Assembly: GCA_945897985.1 (NCBI GenBank)
Contig: CAMDGN010000003.1
Location: forward strand, 1-44,112
Reading direction: 5' to 3'
Length of the DNA: 44,112 nucleotides
DNA from: a candidate division WWE3 bacterium
GTDB taxonomy: Bacteria > Patescibacteriota > WWE3 > UBA101185 > UBA10185
A model generated the notes under the pieces. It did not search any database. It was given only the letters and a program-made list of their open reading frames with translations, and had not been told where the DNA came from. Position numbers and translations under genes: made by a program. Positions within the stretch are counted from its first letter, which is position 1, and every line of letters begins with the position of its first letter. Below, in pieces: positions 37,396-44,112 of the stretch.

Positions 37396-38856
37396 ATGTC
37401 AGTCAGAACAAGAATAGCACCAAGCCCAACCGGGGAATTTCATGTCGGAGGTTTAAGAACTCTGTTATTCAATTATGCTTGGGCAAAAAAGAATAATGGT
37501 CAATTCCTAATTAGAATCGAGGATACCGATAGGAATAGGTTTGTCGATGGTGCCACTAATAGAATTTTAGAAGTTATTAAAGAGTACGGACTTGATTGGG
37601 ATGAAGGTCCTGTTAAAGGCGGGGACTGTGGACCTTATATTCAATCCGAAAGACTAAATATTTATAGAGAATATATCCAAAGATTGTTAGAGAGTAAAAA
37701 TGCTTACTATTGTTTTTGTACACCTGAAAGATTAGACAAGCTAAGGGAGCAATATTCTTCTGAAAATAAAACTTTTAAATACGATAGGCACTGTCTTTCC
37801 TTAAATGATTTTGAAATTAATAATAGAATAGACTCTGGAGTAAAATACGTAATTAGACTTCTGGTGCCTGAGGATGAGTTAGTCACTTACGAGGATGTTG
37901 TATTAGGAGAGATCTCCGTTCCTTCAAAAGAGATTGATGATCAAGTTCTAATGAAGTCAGATGGTTACCCAACTTATCACTTTGCTGTTGTAGTAGATGA
38001 CTATCTAATGAAGATTACTCATGTTCTTAGAGGTGTCGAATGGCTGCCTTCAACACCAAAGCATATTCTCCTTTATAAATTCTTTGGGTTTCCGCTTCCT
38101 AAATTTGGACATCTCCCTAATCTTAAGAATTTAGGTTCTAGCAAAAAAATGTCAAAGAGAGATGGTTCAGTTTTTGCCATCGACTTTTTAAAGGAAGGTT
38201 ACTTACCTGAAGCAATGTTAAATTTCTTAATGTTTCTTGGATGGAATCCAGGTACTGAAAAGGAGATTTATTCTTTGGATGAGTTTATCCAAGACTTCGA
38301 TTTAAGTAAGATTCATCAAACTGACTTGGTTTCATTTAATAAAGAGAAACTTGATTGGTTTAATAATCAATATCTTTGGAAATTAACTAACGAGGAATTT
38401 CTTGAAAGACTAAAGTATTGGTCTCATAGATTTAATACTCCTTGCTTAATACAAGATTTGTCTGAAATTTATTCTCATTTACAATTACTTAAAATTATTT
38501 CTTTGATTAAAGAGAGGATTACTGTTTTTTCGGATTTTGATAAAAGTGTTGATTACTTTATTAATTCACCTCAAGTGGATTCATTAGTCTTAGGAAAATA
38601 TTCTAACGATCCAAAAAAAGTTTTAGAATTTTTTTACGAATTAATTTCAAGTCAATCGGATTTCTCTTTTGAAAAATTAGATCCCCTACTTCATAACACT
38701 GTAAAGGAAAATGGGTTTTCTATGAAGGAATATTTCATGACACTACGAATCGCCCTTACCGGAGAAACTGTAACTCCACCAATAATAGATATCATTTGTG
38801 TTCTTGGTAAGGACATTACACTAATTAGAATCAAATCAGCGCTTCAAAATTTTTAA
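37396..38856 (+). CDS. gltX: Glutamate--tRNA ligase
   Basis: RIAPSPTG.FHVGG, RIEDTD, PTYHFA.VVDD, RG.EW, KMSKR. Confidence 0.98.
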   Translation: MSVRTRIAPSPTGEFHVGGLRTLLFNYAWAKKNNGQFLIRIEDTDRNRFVDGATNRILEVIKEYGLDWDEGPVKGGDCGPYIQSERLNIYREYIQRLLESKNAYYCFCTPERLDKLREQYSSENKTFKYDRHCLSLNDFEINNRIDSGVKYVIRLLVPEDELVTYEDVVLGEISVPSKEIDDQVLMKSDGYPTYHFAVVVDDYLMKITHVLRGVEWLPSTPKHILLYKFFGFPLPKFGHLPNLKNLGSSKKMSKRDGSVFAIDFLKEGYLPEAMLNFLMFLGWNPGTEKEIYSLDEFIQDFDLSKIHQTDLVSFNKEKLDWFNNQYLWKLTNEEFLERLKYWSHRFNTPCLIQDLSEIYSHLQLLKIISLIKERITVFSDFDKSVDYFINSPQVDSLVLGKYSNDPKKVLEFFYELISSQSDFSFEKLDPLLHNTVKENGFSMKEYFMTLRIALTGETVTPPIIDIICVLGKDITLIRIKSALQNF

Positions 38857-38900
38857 TTCTATTCTGAATAGATTTAACTTATTACTAAAAAATAAAATGG

Positions 38901-38909
38901 TGTTAAACT
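38901..38909 (+). promoter_or_regulatory. Extended -10, leaderless-type promoter of recA
   Basis: TG-T-TAAACT, 6 nt, ATG. Confidence 0.55.
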
Positions 38910-38915
38910 TAATTC

Positions 38916-40004
38916 ATGAAAAATAAAACACCAATAAAACAAGAAATAAACCCAAATAAAAATATAGCTCTTCAATCTGCAATTGCTCAGATTGAAAAAA
39001 ACTTTGGTAAAGGTTCCATCATGAAGTTAGGGGAAGGAAGTTTATACAAAGATATAGAAGTTACTCCAACTGGATCACTTGCTTTAGATTTAGCTTTAGG
39101 TCTAGGGGGCGTTCCTAAAGGAAGAATTATTGAAATTTATGGACCTGAGTCTTCAGGTAAGACAACTTTAGTACAACACATAATTGCTGAAGCTCAAAAA
39201 ATGGGTGGAACTGCTGCCTTAATTGACGCCGAGCACGCATTCGATCCCGTATATGCCGAAAAAACCGGAGTTGATGTAACAAATCTTTTAGTTTCTCAAC
39301 CTGACAATGGAGAACAGGCCTTAGAGATTGCTGAAACACTTATTAGATCAAACGCAGTTGATATTATAGCAATTGACTCTGTAGCTGCTTTGACACCAAG
39401 AGCGGAGATTGAAGGTGAGATGGGTGATAGCTTTGTTGCTCTTCAAGCAAGACTGATGTCCCAAGCTTTGAGAAAAATTACAGGAGCAATTAGTAGATCA
39501 AACTGTACTGTAATATTTACAAATCAATTAAGAATGAAGGTTGGTGTAATGTTTGGAAACCCAGAAATAACTCCAGGTGGAAATGCTTTGAAATTTTATG
39601 CGTCAGTTAGAATGGAAATTAGAAAAGCTGAAACTATTAAAGACGGAGATAATGTTATAGGAATTAGAGCTAAAGTTAAAGTTGTGAAGAATAAAGTAGC
39701 CCCACCTTTCAGAACCGCTGAGTTCGATATTATGTTCAGTAAAGGGATATCCAAAGAAGGAAACGTACTTGATATTGCTTCTGATATGAATCTGATTAAG
39801 AAAAGTGGGTCTTGGTATGAATACAATGGTGCCAAGATTGCACAGGGTAGAGACAGCGCTAAGCAGTACTTAGTAGAAAATCCTAAGATTACAGAGACCT
39901 TATACGCTGAAATTAAGAAATTAGTTCTATCCGGTAAAGAAGCTGTTCCTCTAGAGATTGCTATAGAAGAAACAGAAGATGATTCCTCAAAAACTGAAGA
40001 ATAA
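38916..40004 (+). CDS. recA: Recombinase RecA
   Basis: [48 protein letters not shown]. Confidence 0.99.
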   Translation: MKNKTPIKQEINPNKNIALQSAIAQIEKNFGKGSIMKLGEGSLYKDIEVTPTGSLALDLALGLGGVPKGRIIEIYGPESSGKTTLVQHIIAEAQKMGGTAALIDAEHAFDPVYAEKTGVDVTNLLVSQPDNGEQALEIAETLIRSNAVDIIAIDSVAALTPRAEIEGEMGDSFVALQARLMSQALRKITGAISRSNCTVIFTNQLRMKVGVMFGNPEITPGGNALKFYASVRMEIRKAETIKDGDNVIGIRAKVKVVKNKVAPPFRTAEFDIMFSKGISKEGNVLDIASDMNLIKKSGSWYEYNGAKIAQGRDSAKQYLVENPKITETLYAEIKKLVLSGKEAVPLEIAIEETEDDSSKTEE

Positions 40005-40440
40005 TTTCTACTTTAAGAAAATCTTAAAATACTGCTCTCTTTCCATTAAATCTGAAAGTGAGGTAATTCGTAAGCTTCGTGATTATGAAGTCCCCCCTGA
40101 GGAACTAACGGAGATGGTAGATACCCTCAGAGTGTTCAAGTTCTTTTTTTCTGACGAAGAATATGTCTCAAGATTTCTAGAAAATCTATCTTCTCAAAAA
40201 GGATATTCAAAAATTCAATTAAAACAAAAACTACTTCGAAAGGGTCTTCCAACTAAGATTGTTAGTATTCAACTTGACGAATTCTATAAAAAAAACGAGT
40301 CAGAGCAGATTGGGAAGTTTATTAAAAAAAATTACTCTAAGTTACTTAGAAAAGATAAGAACAAGAGGCTAGCTTTTCTTATTTCTAAAGGATTTGGAGT
40401 TGATAATATTAGAAGGCAGTTGAAAGAACTAGACCTATAG
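39979..40440 (+). CDS. recX: RecX regulatory protein (divergent)
   Basis: Overlaps the recA end; SE.EV..KL, L..KG and FL..KGF helical repeats. Confidence 0.8.
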   Translation: MIPQKLKNNFYFKKILKYCSLSIKSESEVIRKLRDYEVPPEELTEMVDTLRVFKFFFSDEEYVSRFLENLSSQKGYSKIQLKQKLLRKGLPTKIVSIQLDEFYKKNESEQIGKFIKKNYSKLLRKDKNKRLAFLISKGFGVDNIRRQLKELDL

Positions 40441-40455
40441 TTATTACTACTTTAA

Positions 40456-40484
40456 TTGACATAATTACCTAAACAACCTAAAAT
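40456..40484 (+). promoter_or_regulatory. sigma70-type promoter for rny
   Basis: TTGACA (40456-61), 17-bp spacer, TAAAAT (40479-84). Confidence 0.75.
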
Positions 40485-40559
40485 CTATTTGTTTTTGTAA
40501 AGTAATTATAATTATCGGAAAGGTTTACTGTAGTCTACGTATGGTAAAAATAACAAACT

Positions 40560-42095
40560 ATGAACTTGATACTCATTCTCCTTATTATTGCTCTAATTGC
40601 CTTTGTTCTATACCTTGTTTTGGTTAAAAAGGTCGATTTATCTTCTTTATTTCCAAATTCAACACAACCAAGTAATTCATTTGAGAAAACTGAAATTTTC
40701 TTAGAAGCAAAACAGAAGTCTTTTGAAATCGTTCTTGATGCTAAAAACGAAGCATTGAGAATTAAAAATGAGACTGATGAATACGTCAGAAGTAAGAAAA
40801 ATGAAATTTCTGACGAAAGTGCGAAGATTACAGCTAGAACAACTATGCTTGAATCTAGAGAATCTGAGCTTAAAAGAAAAGAAGAAGATTCATCCACTCT
40901 AAAAACAAGTCTAGAATCAAAGGTTAAGAATTATGATGAGCTTATTCACGCTGAACAAGAGAAGCTTGAAAAAATTTCAAGATTAACAGTGGAAGAAGCT
41001 AAAAAAAGATTAATTGAAACTGTTGATAGAGAGTTAAAAGAAGAATATGGAAAGAAGATTAGAACCTATGAGGAGGAATTAAAGTCTAATGCAGAGGAAA
41101 AAGCTAAACAAATTTTAATCGATGCAATGAGACAAGGTGCTTCTGACTATGTTGTTGAGTACACATCATCAAGAATTAGACTTCCTGACGAAGAGTTAAA
41201 AGGGAGAATCATTGGTAAAGAGGGAAGAAACATTAAGACTTTTGAAGAAGTTACCGGTGTAGAAGTCGACTTAGACTCCTCACCAGGTGATTTAGTTATC
41301 ACCTGTTTTGATCCTGTTAGAAGGGAGATTGCTAAACTTGCAATGCAAAGATTGATTGCTGATGGAAGAATTCAACCAGCTAAAATTGAAGAAATAGTCG
41401 AAAAAACTAGAACTGAAATGGATCAGGTTATCTTCAAAGAAGGTACCGAGTTATGTCATAAGCTAGGAATCTTCAACATACCAAAAGAGATCATTCAAAC
41501 CCTTGGTAGGTTCAGATATAGATTTTCTTACGGTCAGAACATGATCGAGCACGTGATGGAAGTTGTAAAAATAGGAGTATCCATCGCTTCTGAACTTAAA
41601 GCTGACACTGAAATAGTCAAACTTGGTTGTTTACTTCACGACATTGGTAAGGTCATCATGGATAAAGAAGGATCCCACGTTGATATTGGTGTTGATTATT
41701 TAAGAAAATTTAAGATCAACGAAAAAGTAATTAACTGTGTTGCAGAACACCACGAAGATAGGCCTTTCAGCTCTATTGAGTCCGCGATTGTTGCGTTAGC
41801 AGATCACGTTAGTGGTGCTAGACCTGGGGCACGAACTGAGGATTACGAATCATATGTTAAGAGAATGAGAAATCTTGAAGAAGCTGCTACATCCTTTGAT
41901 GGAGTTGATCACGCTTTCGCTCTTTCGGCAGGTAGAGAAGTTAGAGTTTATGTTAAACCTACACAAGTTGACGATTACTCAACTTCATTCCTTGCACGTG
42001 AGATTGCAAAAAAGATCGAACTCGAGCAAAACTACCCTGGCGTAGTAAAGATTATTGTTATTAGAGAAACTAGACAACTAGCAACTGCAAAATAA
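40560..42095 (+). CDS. rny: Ribonuclease Y
   Basis: N-terminal TM, coiled coil, KH domain KGRIIGKEGRNI, HD domain LLHDIGK, ARPGAR, AGREVRV. Confidence 0.98.
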   Translation: MNLILILLIIALIAFVLYLVLVKKVDLSSLFPNSTQPSNSFEKTEIFLEAKQKSFEIVLDAKNEALRIKNETDEYVRSKKNEISDESAKITARTTMLESRESELKRKEEDSSTLKTSLESKVKNYDELIHAEQEKLEKISRLTVEEAKKRLIETVDRELKEEYGKKIRTYEEELKSNAEEKAKQILIDAMRQGASDYVVEYTSSRIRLPDEELKGRIIGKEGRNIKTFEEVTGVEVDLDSSPGDLVITCFDPVRREIAKLAMQRLIADGRIQPAKIEEIVEKTRTEMDQVIFKEGTELCHKLGIFNIPKEIIQTLGRFRYRFSYGQNMIEHVMEVVKIGVSIASELKADTEIVKLGCLLHDIGKVIMDKEGSHVDIGVDYLRKFKINEKVINCVAEHHEDRPFSSIESAIVALADHVSGARPGARTEDYESYVKRMRNLEEAATSFDGVDHAFALSAGREVRVYVKPTQVDDYSTSFLAREIAKKIELEQNYPGVVKIIVIRETRQLATAK

Positions 42096-42120
42096 TTTCA
42101 ACATCTAAAAATTATTCATC

Positions 42121-42151
42121 GGAACTTTCTTAATTAATTTAAGAAAGTTCC
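42121..42151 (+). terminator. Hairpin after rny, probable terminator or stabiliser
   Basis: GGAACTTTCTTAA-TTAAT-TTAAGAAAGTTCC, perfect 13-bp stem; weak U-tail. Confidence 0.65.
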
Positions 42152-42189
42152 TTGATATATTAGCTAAATTTCATAATATAATACTTAGT

Positions 42190-42393
42190 ATGTTGATAAC
42201 CAACTTAATTTACTTCTTACTAGTAATTTTAGGAATCTATCTTTTATCCCATGTTCTAAATTCAATCTTTAAATCTATATCAATCATATTGATTATATTG
42301 ATTTTGATTGTATTATTGAAATCAATGAATGAACCTGTGGTTATTTTGAATAAACTTAAAGTTTCGAATTTGAAAATGGAGATACTTAAATGA
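42190..42393 (+). CDS. Small hydrophobic membrane protein
   Basis: 67 aa with two hydrophobic helices; TATAAT 7 nt upstream; stop overlaps the next start. Confidence 0.65.
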   Translation: MLITNLIYFLLVILGIYLLSHVLNSIFKSISIILIILILIVLLKSMNEPVVILNKLKVSNLKMEILK

Positions 42394-43160
42394 AATTATT
42401 ATTTATAGGAGATATTGTTTCTAATCCTGGTCTATCAGTGGTAAAAAAATTTTTACCAATTATAAAAAAAGAATATGAACCAGATTTTGTAATCGCCAAC
42501 GCTGAAAATGCAGAAGGAGGAAGAGGGGTTTCTTTTGAAACTTTAAATATATTACAAGCTTCTGGTTGCGATTTTTTTACCAGCGGTGACCATGTTTTTT
42601 GGCAAAAAAATTCAGAGGACCTGTTGGATAAATTCCCAATTATTAGACCTGCAAATTATCCAGTTGAAACACCAGGGTTTGGTTATAAGATAGTTGATAC
42701 TGCAAACGATAAAAGAATTTTAATTATTAACGCTATGGGAAGGACTTTTCTTAACGAAAGATTAGACGATCCATTTAGAAAAATAGATGAGATTTTAGAA
42801 ATTACTTCATCTCAAAAAATTGATTTAAGGGTTGTTGATTTTCATGCCGAAGCAACAAGTGAAAAGCTTGCTATGGGTTTTTATCTTGATGGCAGAGTGG
42901 ATATTGTAGTTGGAACACATACTCATATTCCCACATGCGACCAAATGCAACTTCCTAAAGGTACATTTTATGTATCAGACTTAGGTATGTGTGGAAACAT
43001 TGACTCAGTGCTAGGGGTTAAAAAAGAAATCATTATTGACCTATTTTTGACAGCTAGAAACCAGAGATTCACCTGGGAGGAAGCCGGAAGAAAAGCATTT
43101 AGAAGTGTATTTGTGGATACAGTAAGCAACGTGATTAAGAGAATTGACTACGAAGATTGA
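42390..43160 (+). CDS. ymdB: YmdB-family (TIGR00282-like) metallophosphoesterase
   Basis: FIGD, NAEN, RPANYP..PG.G, VDFHAEATSEK, VGTHTH, D.GM.G. Confidence 0.93.
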   Translation: MKLLFIGDIVSNPGLSVVKKFLPIIKKEYEPDFVIANAENAEGGRGVSFETLNILQASGCDFFTSGDHVFWQKNSEDLLDKFPIIRPANYPVETPGFGYKIVDTANDKRILIINAMGRTFLNERLDDPFRKIDEILEITSSQKIDLRVVDFHAEATSEKLAMGFYLDGRVDIVVGTHTHIPTCDQMQLPKGTFYVSDLGMCGNIDSVLGVKKEIIIDLFLTARNQRFTWEEAGRKAFRSVFVDTVSNVIKRIDYED

Positions 43161-43212
43161 TTAGATTACTTATGATTATTTTTTTGAAAAATTTGAAAGG
43201 AGGTGTATTTAA

Positions 43213-43488
43213 ATGAACAAACAAGATGTTGTAAACGCACTTGCTGAATCAACTGGTATGACTAAAGTTGACTCTACAAAAGCTTTAGATGCTTTCATAG
43301 AAGTTATTACTACTGCTTTAGTTAAAGGTGAAAAAGTAACTTTAACTGGTTTTGGAACTTTTGAATCAAGATCAGTTGCTGCTAGAATGGGAAGAAACAT
43401 TAAAACTGGTTCTCCAATTAAAATTCCAGCTGGCAGAAGACCTGCATTCAAAGCAGGAAAAACTCTTAAAGATGCTGTTAAAGCATAA
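43213..43488 (+). CDS. hup: DNA-binding protein HU
   Basis: MNKQD, GFGTF, GRNIKTG, PAFKAGKTLKDAV; SD AAAGGAGGTG. Confidence 0.98.
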   Translation: MNKQDVVNALAESTGMTKVDSTKALDAFIEVITTALVKGEKVTLTGFGTFESRSVAARMGRNIKTGSPIKIPAGRRPAFKAGKTLKDAVKA

Positions 43489-43506
43489 TTAAGTCAATGC
43501 TAAATA

Positions 43507-43544
43507 AATGACGGAAGCTTTTATATAAAAAAGCTTCCGTCATT
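43507..43544. terminator. Likely bidirectional terminator between hup and the kinase gene
   Basis: AATGACGGAAGCTTTT-ATATAA-AAAAGCTTCCGTCATT, perfect 16-bp stem between convergent genes. Confidence 0.85.
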
Positions 43545-43560
43545 ATGTTGTAAGGTCTGT

Positions 43561-44112
43561 TTATTTTTTTTGAAGGAAGAAGAAGAACTCGGAGCCTTTT
43601 CCAGTTCCGTCGCTTTTAGCTGAAATTTTACCACCCATACCTTCGACAAGTTGTTTTGTAATATAAAGTCCTAGGCCGGTTCCGGTTGATTCCGCCATTG
43701 TTTCGTATGAGTTTTCTAGTTTTCCGAATTTTTTAAATAGTTTTGGCATATCTTCTTTGGAAATACCTTTACCATCGTCAATTACAGAAATTTTAACAAA
43801 GTTATCATTGTGGGAAATTTTTACTTTGATTGTACCGTTCTTAGTGAACTTAATTGAATTACCGACAAGATTATAAATAACTTCTTTCAACCTCTTTTTG
43901 TCACCTAAAACGTTATTATCTGTTCCATCATGTTCGAAAACAATTTTAGTGCCGTTTTCTTTGACTTTAGCTTCAAAGTCAGAAAGTGTTTCTCCGACAA
44001 ATTTTTCAATTTCCATTATTTCTAGTTTGAACTCAATCTTGCCTTGTTCGATTTTAGAAACACTTAACATATCGTTTATAAGGCTTAGCATTCTCTCTGA
44101 CGAGTTAATGGC
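43561..44112 (-). CDS. Sensor histidine kinase, C-terminal HATPase part (5' end outside window)
   Basis: NL.GNSIKFT N-box, D.G.GI G1, LFKKF F-box, GTGLGLYI G2; frame open to the edge. Confidence 0.93.
   Translation of the reverse strand, partial: AINSSERMLSLINDMLSVSKIEQGKIEFKLEIMEIEKFVGETLSDFEAKVKENGTKIVFEHDGTDNNVLGDKKRLKEVIYNLVGNSIKFTKNGTIKVKISHNDNFVKISVIDDGKGISKEDMPKLFKKFGKLENSYETMAESTGTGLGLYITKQLVEGMGGKISAKSDGTGKGSEFFFFLQKK

Noticed and set aside
40485-40559. 6S RNA or riboswitch upstream of rny
   Set aside because: Only about 70 nt and AT-rich; the TAATTATAATTA palindrome is expected by chance
579-43451. Many 60-130 aa antisense or out-of-frame ORFs in the track (e.g. 3681-4082, 3905-4237, 15865-16233, 40535-40897, 43209-43451)
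   Set aside because: Shadows of well-conserved genes, with no motifs or expression signals
1-44112. Genetic code 25 (TGA=Gly) as in Gracilibacteria/Absconditabacteria
   Set aside because: Long core genes are uninterrupted under code 11, recJ and ymdB end at TGA at the expected lengths, and RF2 is present

Overview
AT-rich bacterial core-genome window, standard genetic code (TGG=Trp, TGA=stop), most consistent with Patescibacteria/CPR, possibly the Microgenomates/WWE3 side (inference: no uL30 between rpsE and rplO, CPR-style gene neighbourhoods, few Shine-Dalgarno sites). About 26.6 kb (1663-28294) is one + strand super-cluster: rpoBC, str, S10, spc and alpha genes, then rplM-rpsI. It is flanked by an ABC-2 exporter and lepB on the left. 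On the right are an XRE regulator with a divergent TasA/CalY-like secreted protein, prfB, a wHTH gene-secDF-recJ-dac cluster, gltX, recA-recX-rny-ymdB-hup and a partial histidine kinase. I saw no tRNA, rRNA, CRISPR array or mobile element. The most striking signal is inside the housekeeping genes. The RNA polymerase has Trp in place of the near-invariant trigger-loop His (TMRTFW), substitutions in all four rifamycin-pocket clusters plus a 3-aa fork-loop-2 deletion, and further active-centre changes. uL3 lacks about 65 internal residues. Also notable: many apparently leaderless genes, a shared 10-mer upstream of fusA and tuf, and a SinR/TasA-like pair with a possible non-canonical start. All alignments are by eye against reference motifs recalled from memory; E. 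coli residue numbers need checking.
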